From a virus (lineage: Duplodnaviria; Caudoviricetes), in the IMG/VR virus record IMGVR_UViG_3300024259_000128, positions 1-28,069 of that record: a stretch of DNA of 28,069 bases; one strand, 5' to 3'. The notes below the pieces were generated by a model, which was given only the letters and a program-made list of their open reading frames with translations, was not told the DNA's origin and did no database searches. The position numbers and the translations under genes were made by a program. Each line of letters opens with the position of its first letter. Position 1 is the first letter of the stretch. This document shows positions 6,434-15,670 of the stretch, in pieces.

Positions 6434-7363
6434 TTACCGAAATATTGCCACATTAATATATTTCATGTCGTCCGGGACGCCATCCCATTGTACGGTAGTA
6501 ATGCGAACTGCGGAAACTGTAGGCGCGGCTTCTGCCCCACTCGAGGCTATTCGATTTACCGAAACGAACGCCGCCTGTGACACAGCATAGTCCCCGGAAC
6601 ATGAACCCACGACAGCATAATTTATATCTTCCATATTTGTCGTGAAGTTTATTGTATAATCGCCCGTGCCATTGTCTGTAATACTTGCGACATTCCCACT
6701 ATCCCGAATCGCAACGGTTCCCGTACCGTTAAAATTCACCCACGCCCGGCAAGCAAACATGGGGGCCGACCCAGTAGCATTGAATGACGTTTCTTTTACC
6801 CCCGCTGGGGTTGTCCCTCCCTGCAAAATGCAGTTTGTCCCGTCGTAAACAAGCCCATAAATTCCGCCTGCCGCAAGCTCGCCATTCACGGGATCGGCTC
6901 CCGCCTGTGTTTTAATTGCTTTTGCCCCAAGTGAGTTTGGGTTAATCGTACAGGCTCCGGTATTTACCGTATTTGGTTTAAAAAAGAATGCGAGGCCAGC
7001 CGCCCAGGCAGATGGAGCCGGGGAAAGTGTTATTACGTAAGTGTCCGATGCTTCCGCGTCTGCCGCATAATTACTGGTTCTGTTTAAACTCCCCGTAACG
7101 TCTTCGTACCAATAGGTTTCGCCTACAATAGCGGCAACCTGATACCTAAGCCGCTGAATCTCTCCGCGCAAATCCGTTGCAAGGGATTCACTGGAGGCGG
7201 GGTAGGGATCGGCTGTAGCTTGCATGGCCGCCGCGTTAGCACTTGCGTCTTCTATACCATCCGGGTCCAGGTTGTTCAAGATATTATTGAACTCGGCGTT
7301 TAAGTCTGATGCTGTTAATGTTTCAGACGCGCTCCATGTTTTTACTCTTGCGACTAAGCTCAT
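6434..7363 (-). CDS. Tail fibre protein
   Basis: N-terminal LTASDLNAEFNNI attachment-like motif; C-terminal RAWVNFNGTGTVAIRDSGNVASITDNGTGDYTINF domain typical of phage fibres; follows the ejection genes. Confidence 0.8.
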   Translation of the reverse strand: MSLVARVKTWSASETLTASDLNAEFNNILNNLDPDGIEDASANAAAMQATADPYPASSESLATDLRGEIQRLRYQVAAIVGETYWYEDVTGSLNRTSNYAADAEASDTYVITLSPAPSAWAAGLAFFFKPNTVNTGACTINPNSLGAKAIKTQAGADPVNGELAAGGIYGLVYDGTNCILQGGTTPAGVKETSFNATGSAPMFACRAWVNFNGTGTVAIRDSGNVASITDNGTGDYTINFTTNMEDINYAVVGSCSGDYAVSQAAFVSVNRIASSGAEAAPTVSAVRITTVQWDGVPDDMKYINVAIFR

Positions 7364-9997
7364 TTATTTAATCCCCGCTCTTTTTTCCCAAAAAGCATTA
7401 GGTGAAATCTCCATATCTGGCAAATCGGCCTTGGCAAACTCGCCGCCTATTGCCAAACTTAAAAACGTACTAAACGCTTTAACCCGTTTTGTGCTATCCT
7501 TGATTGCGCGGGCTCTTCCAAGTTGTTTCAACGCATTCGGGTTGAGCATGGCGGTCGCCAATTGTTTCTGGTATTTACCGAAAAGAAGGTCATTCATTTT
7601 CCGCGAAATCTGAGCAAACGGTTGTGTCACGTTAAAATCACCCATTGCGACAAGCTTGGATTTGCCCTGCCCCTCCAAGTCTTTCAAAGCGATCTGTCGT
7701 GTCGCTGTGGCCGATTCTTTGCCCGCTGTCAATGAGGTCCGCCGTAAAATATCCGCAAAATCCATAAAACCCTTGAAACCCTTGGGCCCCAAGGCCGCTC
7801 GGAGGATCTTCTTTTGCCGCTCGTCCCCGATAGTCCTCTTGTAAAACTGCCCTCCAAGATTTGCGAAATCGCCCCCACCGGCGGACGTTTTGATTTTCTC
7901 AAACACGTCTTGCAGGTATGTCCGCGTTGCTGATTTCCAAACATCCGGATTTTGCTTCTCGATCAATTTCTTTGCGTATGCCACTGACTGCGGGCTTGAA
8001 TCAATCGCGGAAAATAACCTTCTTGACGCTGTGGAGACGGCCTCGCCTTCCAGCTTGGCAAGTCTCCCCGTGATCCGGGCCTGTGACTCTTCGACAATCG
8101 GGCTTATTTTTGCGAATATTCCACGGGCTTTTCGATAATCCGGGCTTGCTTCGTCCGTGAGGGTGGTCAAAGATTTCTTTATTTTCAACAATTCCCTTTT
8201 TGTGGCCCCTGGTATTCCCTCGCTGGCCAGCCCCTTCACCATTGCGTCTATTTCTTTTTTTGTGTTGTCGAGGTATTGGATGTTGCCGGCGTTTTGGACG
8301 GGTTGTCGTGCTTGCCCCTTATCAAACAAAACTAATGTTTTCCCACCAAATTCTTTTTCAAATTCATCTTCTATAAATTCTTCAAAAACTGCGCTGTCGT
8401 ACCCCTTCCCTTTTAAAAAACGAACAAAACGTTCTCCTATTTCATTTTCAAACATCCCCCAGTCATCTGTCATGTGTGACGCCAATAGCCACAAATCTCT
8501 CTCTTTAAAAGCATCAAGGGAGTCCACAAACTCATCGCGCAATGCTGGCGTTATTTTGGCTGTTCTTTTGACATTCGGCGACACCTCTAAAATATTCTTA
8601 CCATATTGTTTTGCAAAATTTTGATTATCTGATAAAAAAATCCCATGTCGCACAGTGTCAACATCGCCAAATGTTGTAGAATTGACAGACGGCTGTAATG
8701 TCGTTAGCTCATTCACAGAAACATCCGCATCCGTCCCATGGAAAAAAACATTTCCAAATTTTTGATTTGTTTCTTTTGGGCCGATTTTCCCCAACATTTT
8801 CTTAACCCGCTTCAAGGCCGTTGCGCTTTTACTCGTGGGCGGGTAATTCTTCAAAAGAGCATCAATCTTGCCCGCAACCGGGGCCGTATCAACCAGAACA
8901 CCGGAGGCATAGGCTTTATCGTAGTAAGGCTTGGCAATCCGCGCCCGGCCTCTTTTTAGCGTGTCTATGGCCCCCTGTGACGCCTTCCCCAATGCTTGGC
9001 CGGATTCATAGGAAGTTGTTTCTTTACCCACCGTATCCACAAATTGGGCGATGGCTCCTTGTATTTGGCCCTGCTGTTTTTTTGAGGCATTTCGGATCAA
9101 GTTGGCCGTTTTTGGCATGTCCGCAAGGAGTTTAAACTTGTCGATCAACTCAGGAGCTTGTGTGGTTTGCGGTGAATATAAATCAATGCCCCATTTCTTG
9201 GCCGCTTTCTTGGCCGCCGCCGCTTCTTTGACATTGACACCTTTTCCGGCCGCTTTCGCCAACCTCGCGCCTTTCCGGGCCATAATCTTTTGAGCGATTT
9301 TTCCCGGAATACGCCCGGCTACCTCTCCGCCAAGGCCCAGAATAGATTCAAGCCCCACATCTTTGGCAATCTCCAAAGCGTCCACAGGTTCGCCCAAGCC
9401 AACACCCACAGCCTTTCTTATGCCTTCACCGACGCCAGCCCCACCAGCGGCCCCTATTGGTCCCCCAAGGCTACCTACTGTCCCCCCCACAATCGCGGGA
9501 AGAGCGGCGGGGATTTCTCCAAAAAATTGTTTCATTTTTCCGAACTGATCATCCGAAACTTCCCGGTAAACCTTCCCGTCGTCCGCGAGATAAACCACTT
9601 GCCCGTCTTTAATCCCGTATCTTTTCCGGCGTTCTTCGGCGGGTAATTTGGGAAATCTGGCCTCTGCGAAAATGTTGATCTTTGTTTCGGGATTATCCAC
9701 AAAGGCCGTCCGGGCGATTGTTTGAAAATCCGCGCTCCCGGGGGCTCCCTCTGCCGGGGCCTTCATGGGCTTTGTTGTAATCGCGCTGATCTCCCCGGTT
9801 TCTACCATCGCGGGTTGGAAGGGTTTTCCCTTAATATCCTGCCCGGCTTTTTCGTAGTTTTCGCCGCCTCCCATTACAAGAGAATAGAAATCCACGTCAC
9901 TGAATTCTCCCCGTTTCTCCGGTGTGGGCTTTGAATTAGTTCCGTTCATAACCAAATCGTAAAAATTCACATCATCAAAGGTCATAGTTTCCGGCAT
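7364..9997 (-). CDS. Large internal virion / DNA ejection protein (P22 gp16 position) with an inserted ADP-ribosyltransferase-like domain
   Basis: 877 aa, helical and Ala/Lys-rich with a Gly-rich hydrophobic segment (GGTVGSLGGPIGAAGGAGVG); third of three ejection-type genes; insert contains FHGT...GIFLSDN...YG...GYDS...VLFD. Confidence 0.75.
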   Translation of the reverse strand: MPETMTFDDVNFYDLVMNGTNSKPTPEKRGEFSDVDFYSLVMGGGENYEKAGQDIKGKPFQPAMVETGEISAITTKPMKAPAEGAPGSADFQTIARTAFVDNPETKINIFAEARFPKLPAEERRKRYGIKDGQVVYLADDGKVYREVSDDQFGKMKQFFGEIPAALPAIVGGTVGSLGGPIGAAGGAGVGEGIRKAVGVGLGEPVDALEIAKDVGLESILGLGGEVAGRIPGKIAQKIMARKGARLAKAAGKGVNVKEAAAAKKAAKKWGIDLYSPQTTQAPELIDKFKLLADMPKTANLIRNASKKQQGQIQGAIAQFVDTVGKETTSYESGQALGKASQGAIDTLKRGRARIAKPYYDKAYASGVLVDTAPVAGKIDALLKNYPPTSKSATALKRVKKMLGKIGPKETNQKFGNVFFHGTDADVSVNELTTLQPSVNSTTFGDVDTVRHGIFLSDNQNFAKQYGKNILEVSPNVKRTAKITPALRDEFVDSLDAFKERDLWLLASHMTDDWGMFENEIGERFVRFLKGKGYDSAVFEEFIEDEFEKEFGGKTLVLFDKGQARQPVQNAGNIQYLDNTKKEIDAMVKGLASEGIPGATKRELLKIKKSLTTLTDEASPDYRKARGIFAKISPIVEESQARITGRLAKLEGEAVSTASRRLFSAIDSSPQSVAYAKKLIEKQNPDVWKSATRTYLQDVFEKIKTSAGGGDFANLGGQFYKRTIGDERQKKILRAALGPKGFKGFMDFADILRRTSLTAGKESATATRQIALKDLEGQGKSKLVAMGDFNVTQPFAQISRKMNDLLFGKYQKQLATAMLNPNALKQLGRARAIKDSTKRVKAFSTFLSLAIGGEFAKADLPDMEISPNAFWEKRAGIK

Positions 9998-11466
9998 TAT
10001 AGTAACCCAAATTCATCAGCTAAGAGTTTTTGCGCTTCCTTCATTATTTTCTCTTTATCAAATCCCGGATTGTTTGCACGTAATGTGTTTGCAATCTCCA
10101 AGCCGCGCTCTTTCATTAAGGATGGCACTTCATCCAGGGAAATATCAGAAAGTTTAAATCCATTCTTTTTGATGTAGGTGTACCTGGCAATACTATGACG
10201 TGCCATTTTCATAGTATTTTTAAGTTTTTTGTTAAATTCTGTTGGGCTGTCGTTCATAATTGGCATTGAATGCCGCAACCGTTTCATTTCATGCTCATTT
10301 ACAGCCGCGCCAGATATTTCATTTAAGAACCTGTTTAAATTATCAAACGTTGTTTGTTTGAAAGTAATGAATTCTTCTTTCTGTTGTTTTTGTTCCGGGG
10401 TCAATTTCATCCCCGCCTTTTCAGCCAATCCCAAACCGGCTTGTTTAAATTGAGTTCCATACTCTAAAAACTTTGGATTAAACGAGTTCTCTATTTCTTT
10501 TGCACGAAAAAGAAGACTACTGGCGTCAATTGTTTTAGATTCAAGGTCTCCCGTGGCCCTTCGCCCAAGTTTTCCCTTTCCGGCCCCGGTTCCCCTTACT
10601 ATTCGCACCGTCCCGTCTGGCCCGACTTCAATGCTTTCCCCGGATTTTCTGGCAATCGCCATTTTTTCAAGCTCAAGGTTAACGTCTCTTGCTTGTTCGG
10701 GTGTAAAAGTTGAAACATCGGTTGGATCAAGCCCTTTGTTTACAGCGACCAAAGCCGCCTGCCCGCTTAGTCCCACTTGCTTGGGTTTTGCCCCTGTCTG
10801 TCTTTCACGAAGTAGCCTGGTTTCTTCCGATATGATCTTTTTTGCCTGCTCTGGATCAAACGCCCCAATATTAGTCGGATCAAGCCCCTCACCTGTCGCA
10901 ATCAAAGCGGGGACACCTGTCAACCCAACTTTTGGATCGTTCTTTTTCATGTACGCCGCAAATTCGGGATTCTTTTGGCCTAATGTAAAATTTTTATATG
11001 CAGGGGTTTGTGTGTCCCTTGGACTTTTGGCCCCCATTTGAGTATAGAAATGATTCATCATCCGGTCTGGCACGTATTCCCCAAAGGTGGCCTCAAGCTC
11101 CGCCATTTCTTCTATCGGGGATTCATTATTATTAATCTTTTTCTGAACTCCCTTGAAGATACCGGTCATTGTTTTCATTGCAGCCGGATCGCCGGCGGCA
11201 TTCCCCATCAATTCCCCAATGCCTTTAAGCTCTGGCATCTGGCCCTCAAACTCGGCAAAAACATTTTTCAGATATCCGGCCCGTTTCATGGGGGGGAGCT
11301 TGCTGGCGACTCCCAAAAACGTGTTGAATTTGTCCGAGGTTCGCTTCCATTGATTATATTTTTGCAGTTCTTCACGGTCGGCGGTCTGTTGTTGCATTGC
11401 CTGAAAATTCTGGACCGTTTGAAACCCTTGCAAAAGTCCTTGGCTTAAACTTCCATAATCTGTCAT
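9997..11466 (-). CDS. Internal virion / DNA ejection protein (P22 gp20 position)
   Basis: 489-aa helical protein with N-terminal GLLQGFQ..Q-rich segment and SGAAV..HE..RL...P motif near the C-terminus; synteny. Confidence 0.65.
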   Translation of the reverse strand: MTDYGSLSQGLLQGFQTVQNFQAMQQQTADREELQKYNQWKRTSDKFNTFLGVASKLPPMKRAGYLKNVFAEFEGQMPELKGIGELMGNAAGDPAAMKTMTGIFKGVQKKINNNESPIEEMAELEATFGEYVPDRMMNHFYTQMGAKSPRDTQTPAYKNFTLGQKNPEFAAYMKKNDPKVGLTGVPALIATGEGLDPTNIGAFDPEQAKKIISEETRLLRERQTGAKPKQVGLSGQAALVAVNKGLDPTDVSTFTPEQARDVNLELEKMAIARKSGESIEVGPDGTVRIVRGTGAGKGKLGRRATGDLESKTIDASSLLFRAKEIENSFNPKFLEYGTQFKQAGLGLAEKAGMKLTPEQKQQKEEFITFKQTTFDNLNRFLNEISGAAVNEHEMKRLRHSMPIMNDSPTEFNKKLKNTMKMARHSIARYTYIKKNGFKLSDISLDEVPSLMKERGLEIANTLRANNPGFDKEKIMKEAQKLLADEFGLL

Positions 11467-11475
11467 GCTCGCCCC

Positions 11476-12186
11476 CTATCCTTTCGGTTTCGGCATAAGC
11501 ATTTTTGACATTCCATACCCGGCCCCGATCCCCAACACAGACCCGGCCAAATTCATCATGCCAGCGTCGCGCTTTGCTTTGTTCTCGGCGTTGGCCATGG
11601 ACGCCTGAAAATCCATTCCCCGCTGCTGTTGATAGGGCTGCAAGAGCCCCCCATACTGCCCGGCCATTGAACCATATGGAGACATGGCGCCCTGGTAATT
11701 GGCAAGATTCTGCCCGCCGATCCCCGCCATTAAACCTTCCCGGCTCCCAAGAAGCGAAGTGGACGCCGTTGTCTCCCCCCGCCGCATTTCATCGGTGACA
11801 ATATCGCGCCGTTGCCTAAATGCCTCTAACGCTTGAATGCCGGGGGTTGTCTCCCTCCAATTCGGGCCTAAGCGCCTGGATAAGGTTTCTTCAAGCTGTT
11901 GCTCCTGGGCTGCAAATTGTTCTTGAACCATCGGGGAAAGAGGTAACTCCCCCCTTGCCGCAAGCAACGCTTTTTCTTCAAGGAGTTGTGACAATTCGTC
12001 TTGAGGGGCGGCGCTGTATGCGCCTGTCTCTGGATCAACGATGATCCCGGACGATTCAAGCATAAACGGCAAGAGTCGCTGTTGCATTTGCGATTGTTCC
12101 TGCATAAGTCGCAATTGCTCTGACTGAATCCCCCTTTCTTCTGGGGTCGGTTGGGGCGCCGCAACTGTTGTTGATCCTCCACACAT
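11476..12186 (-). CDS. Pilot / DNA transfer protein (P22 gp7 position)
   Basis: MCGGS start, Gln-rich body and Gly-rich hydrophobic C-terminus (LAGSVLGIGAGYG); synteny. Confidence 0.65.
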   Translation of the reverse strand: MCGGSTTVAAPQPTPEERGIQSEQLRLMQEQSQMQQRLLPFMLESSGIIVDPETGAYSAAPQDELSQLLEEKALLAARGELPLSPMVQEQFAAQEQQLEETLSRRLGPNWRETTPGIQALEAFRQRRDIVTDEMRRGETTASTSLLGSREGLMAGIGGQNLANYQGAMSPYGSMAGQYGGLLQPYQQQRGMDFQASMANAENKAKRDAGMMNLAGSVLGIGAGYGMSKMLMPKPKG

Positions 12187-12194
12187 AATGCCAC

Positions 12195-12479
12195 CTATAT
12201 TTTCTTTTTAAACCAAATCTTTTCTTCGTCAATGTCATAGGGCTTTGCGCCCAATTTCCTCAAAGCGTGAACAATATGCGTATTTTCTATTCTGGTGTAC
12301 GCCAACCATCCACGAAGATTTTCTTGACCCTTGATACATTTTTCAATCTGCTTTAACTCTTTGAACCATGCCCGTGTTTCCTTGAGCGGCATCGCTTTCC
12401 GCCCGCTCATAGTTGGGGCGACAATCCACAGCCATCCATTGACCTCTTGCCTGATTTGCCACAGCCTAAGCCCCTGCAT
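12195..12479 (-). CDS. Small tail-assembly protein, possibly GNAT-like (P22 gp14 / T7 gp13 position); start uncertain
   Basis: Lies between nozzle and pilot genes; C-terminal EN.....L.KLGA.P resembles the end of a GNAT fold. Confidence 0.5.
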   Translation of the reverse strand: MQGLRLWQIRQEVNGWLWIVAPTMSGRKAMPLKETRAWFKELKQIEKCIKGQENLRGWLAYTRIENTHIVHALRKLGAKPYDIDEEKIWFKKKI

Positions 12480-14034
12480 TAAGCCCCAAGGGCCGGTAGT
12501 CAATCAATACCTGAGATATGAAGAAGTCTTCATTCACAGTCGAGGTTCCAATCTCAAGTTGAAGGCGCCGCCCGTTTTGCCGCAAATCCACCGGTTTTTC
12601 TATGACCTCATCGCCCCCCAAAAGAGACGTTCCCAAGGTAAAGCTTCCCAGCTTGCCCCCGCTATTCTGGACGGTGACAGTTCGTTGCGTCTGCTGTACT
12701 CCATCCACAAACCAATCAAGTGTAAGGGTTGAGGCCACAGTCTCGGGTTGTAAAACCAACCAGGCCCGCGCAAAGTTTTTATCGCCTCGCTCATTTTCAA
12801 AACTCAAGACAGGGGTTTTAAATCGGCCGTCATAGGCTGAATTTTCATCATGAATATTGACCGTTTCGAGCTTCCATGTTTCGCCAGAATAATCTCCGGT
12901 GTAAACCTGCCAATCACCGGCCCCTACCCGGACCAAGGCGCTACACGAAGCGTCATAGCCGGAAGAATACGTGGCGTTTTTATGAACCATCCAAGCCTCT
13001 TCCGGGGGTCTGTCGATGAAATAGACCATTGCCATATCATTGTTGGTCGCCCCGGCTGATGCCATAAAAAATTTAATCGCTCTTAATGACGGATCATATA
13101 CCGCGTGAAAATTAGCGATCTGCGCCAAGTTTACATTGTTTTGAATCCATTCATGAATGAATCCGGGTCTTGCCAAGGACGCCGCCTTGTAATCTCCATA
13201 TGTTTCAGCGGCTGAAACCGAGTAAATGTCTCCATCTTCCATCATCGCCACAAGATCATTTGGAGTTTTAACCAAAAGTCGCCAATTTGCGACCCCTCCG
13301 TTCCACTGCACGTCCTGATATCCCCAATTGGCGGTGCTGGCGTCCGTATCGTCGATAATGTACGCCTTGGTTTTCCCGAAAACGAAAAGACGGTCCCCGT
13401 ATTCAATGGAACCGACTATTCCAAACCCATCCCCGGTTTCGATACTCAGGGTTGTAACGTTTGCGTCTGAAAAGTCTTTGCCATCCCCCTCTTGTGAGGC
13501 ATAAACAGTTTGTGGCGTTGTGGGGCACCCAAAGGCCCACAGTCGTTCTGAAACCCCGTACCCATGTTTAACCATCCATTGTGGAAAATTGGAGCCTGTC
13601 CAGTCCCCCGGAATGCTTGTGATATCGCTTGTCGCTCCCGCCGCGCCGTCCCATGTCTGCGGCCTTGTCGCTCCGTCACATATAAACGCTTCGTTCTCAA
13701 AAGTTACAAAATTGTAATTGTTTGACGTGGACATTCCTGTTTTGATTGTATTGGTGTCGTCTTTGTAAACCTTCCCATCTTTTGTTCCGGCCATGATAAA
13801 TTGATTGCCGTTTACGAGCCTGAAATCATATAGGCCCATCACTTGGGGCGTACTGGTGAATGCGGCGGCGTTGACATGGCTTGTCCCCCCGCGCTTCTGC
13901 CTTGCCCCCTGGTGCATATTGAGATTGACGGTGTTTCCCACCATCGATACAGGATCAGCCGTGTCAATGTTCTTCTGCCCGGTAAAGCCTCCCCGGTCAC
14001 ATGGCAAGACATATGTGGACCCCGTATATCCCAT
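12466..14034 (-). CDS. Tail nozzle / packaged-DNA stabilisation protein (P22 gp10 / T7 gp12-like)
   Basis: 522-aa beta-rich protein with KRGG near the N-terminus, RLWAFG...VYAS..GD, LFVFGK and C-terminal GRRLQLEI; follows the adaptor. Confidence 0.8.
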   Translation of the reverse strand: MGYTGSTYVLPCDRGGFTGQKNIDTADPVSMVGNTVNLNMHQGARQKRGGTSHVNAAAFTSTPQVMGLYDFRLVNGNQFIMAGTKDGKVYKDDTNTIKTGMSTSNNYNFVTFENEAFICDGATRPQTWDGAAGATSDITSIPGDWTGSNFPQWMVKHGYGVSERLWAFGCPTTPQTVYASQEGDGKDFSDANVTTLSIETGDGFGIVGSIEYGDRLFVFGKTKAYIIDDTDASTANWGYQDVQWNGGVANWRLLVKTPNDLVAMMEDGDIYSVSAAETYGDYKAASLARPGFIHEWIQNNVNLAQIANFHAVYDPSLRAIKFFMASAGATNNDMAMVYFIDRPPEEAWMVHKNATYSSGYDASCSALVRVGAGDWQVYTGDYSGETWKLETVNIHDENSAYDGRFKTPVLSFENERGDKNFARAWLVLQPETVASTLTLDWFVDGVQQTQRTVTVQNSGGKLGSFTLGTSLLGGDEVIEKPVDLRQNGRRLQLEIGTSTVNEDFFISQVLIDYRPLGLNAGA

Positions 14035-14921
14035 TATTCAAATCCCATAAATTCATCGCCGGCGGGGAGTTCCCGTGCGATTAGATTTTTCAAAGACTTG
14101 CTAAATTGCCGCTCGAAAATCTCATATTTCCCATCGTCCTCATCTTCCACGATCTTTCGGGCGGTTCCGATGGTAAGAATATTCTGCCAGTTATTGTAAA
14201 TCTTGGTCATCAAGGCGTTGGTCAGATCAACCCGGTTTGGGTCCACATAATACCGGAGTAAAATCCCGTATGCGCTATCAAGGGGCCGGTCAAAAACAAA
14301 ATACTCGCTGCCCCCTTCGTTCACTTTGACGTACTCATTTGGCTTCCCCTTTGAGAAATCATTTCCGCCCAAATTCCCAGTATCTTTAATATTGTCCATC
14401 TCCATTTCAACGCTTTGGGACACAATCAGGTAGCCGGTCGTGGCGTCCGGGTTGGTTTCCCACGCTGAATCAACGGTAGCCACTTTTGTAGTGGCGTTGT
14501 AGTCCTTGCATTGCCGCAACCCGGTTGATCCAGTCCCGGAAGTCAAAAGGATATACTTTCCCTCAACTTCTGATTCCGCCGCGTCCTCATCAGCGGCCAA
14601 GGTGATCGTGGTAGCGGCCCCGGCTGTGGCGGTCCCCGTATGCCCCCCACTTAAAATATCAATCCCAATCTCGGTGTCAAAATCAGATGGAAAGGCGTAT
14701 TTGCTTTGCCCTGATATCCCGATTTGAACGCTGATCTGCTGAAGCGTCTTTAGCCGGGCATCCCCGGACCTGTCCGGCTCCATCCATATTTCATTGATAA
14801 TTTCCCGAAGAAAGTAAGCCTCTCCCCTGGTAATCTGAGCGGAAGTGGGCGAACCAATCCCCGACTTATCGTAAGCCTCTGTGACAATCAGGGTTGCTGT
14901 TAAATCTGAGGGGACTGCCAT
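14034..14921 (-). CDS. Head-to-tail adaptor (P22 gp4 / T7 gp11-like) with an inserted beta domain
   Basis: Helical N-terminus (TA..IV.EA...SGI), Y.FPSDF, G.P..Y, RP.DSAY...LRYY and helical C-terminus. Confidence 0.7.
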   Translation of the reverse strand: MAVPSDLTATLIVTEAYDKSGIGSPTSAQITRGEAYFLREIINEIWMEPDRSGDARLKTLQQISVQIGISGQSKYAFPSDFDTEIGIDILSGGHTGTATAGAATTITLAADEDAAESEVEGKYILLTSGTGSTGLRQCKDYNATTKVATVDSAWETNPDATTGYLIVSQSVEMEMDNIKDTGNLGGNDFSKGKPNEYVKVNEGGSEYFVFDRPLDSAYGILLRYYVDPNRVDLTNALMTKIYNNWQNILTIGTARKIVEDEDDGKYEIFERQFSKSLKNLIARELPAGDEFMGFE

Positions 14922-14924
14922 TTT

Positions 14925-15317
14925 TTAAGACTCCTGAATCCAGTGCGCGGCCACAAACAGGTCGCCGGTGTCGGCCTGAGCGAACCACCACCCATATGCT
15001 TGGTGAACCAGCAAATCCCTTGATTTCTTTCCCACCATCGCGTTTGCATTGGTCTGGGTGAGGTTCGCCCCGAAATGCGCCGCCCACGTCCCGTCTGTGC
15101 TCTTAACCGACCGGTCAAAAGACTTGCTCGGGTTTTTATTCGCTGTCCTGTCCGCCTCAGACCGGAAAACATCAAAAGTCATGAAGACTTTATCTGCGCT
15201 TCCGGGTGTGCCCATGATAAAGTCCGCTCTCATTTTCCCATATGCCGAAGTCAAAGGCGCGACCTCGGTGTCAATGTAGAGGGTTCTATTGTTCGCGCTG
15301 TCTAATATTGCAGCCAT
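14925..15317 (-). CDS. Hypothetical (probably virion-associated) protein
   Basis: 130-aa ORF, TAATG-coupled within the structural operon. Confidence 0.65.
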   Translation of the reverse strand: MAAILDSANNRTLYIDTEVAPLTSAYGKMRADFIMGTPGSADKVFMTFDVFRSEADRTANKNPSKSFDRSVKSTDGTWAAHFGANLTQTNANAMVGKKSRDLLVHQAYGWWFAQADTGDLFVAAHWIQES

Positions 15318-15670
15318 TATTCAATCCCCCGTTCTGTAAAAAATCCCATTTCCCGGCATTCGTCACGCCGGTAGAATCGTTTTTTGTTCATCAAGGTTAA
15401 AAGCTCGGTCCGTTTGGAGGCCGGGCAATAGTGAGGGACCACAAAACAAACCTCTTGCGGCCCGGATATTTTCGTAATCATTCCTGTTCTGTTTTTTTCA
15501 AGGACGCAGGACGCCCTGTGGCGCGAGGGGAAGGTCATTCTGGTAAAGCGGCCCGGTGTGCCTCCTGGATAAAGAAGGGCATTCACAGTGCCCGGCGCCG
15601 GGTTGAGGTCATCGCCTTGCCAGGCCAAAAACTGCGCCAGGGTCAAAAGCCCGTAAAATTCTTTCCTCAT
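15317..15670 (-). CDS. Hypothetical protein
   Basis: ATG at 15670 overlaps the upstream TGA (ATGA); stop overlaps the next ATG. Confidence 0.6.
   Translation of the reverse strand: MRKEFYGLLTLAQFLAWQGDDLNPAPGTVNALLYPGGTPGRFTRMTFPSRHRASCVLEKNRTGMITKISGPQEVCFVVPHYCPASKRTELLTLMNKKRFYRRDECREMGFFTERGIE

Noticed and set aside
6434-7363. Diversity-generating retroelement targeting the tail fibre or LamG protein
   Set aside because: No reverse transcriptase and no adenine-variant template repeat were seen in the window.
8290-8775. Intein or intron explaining the insert in the ejection protein
   Set aside because: No N-terminal Cys block with a C-terminal HN-C/S/T junction, no homing endonuclease motifs, and the frame is uninterrupted.
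9693-9701. Isolated TTATCCACA DnaA box
   Set aside because: Single copy inside coding sequence (FVDN), plausible by chance.
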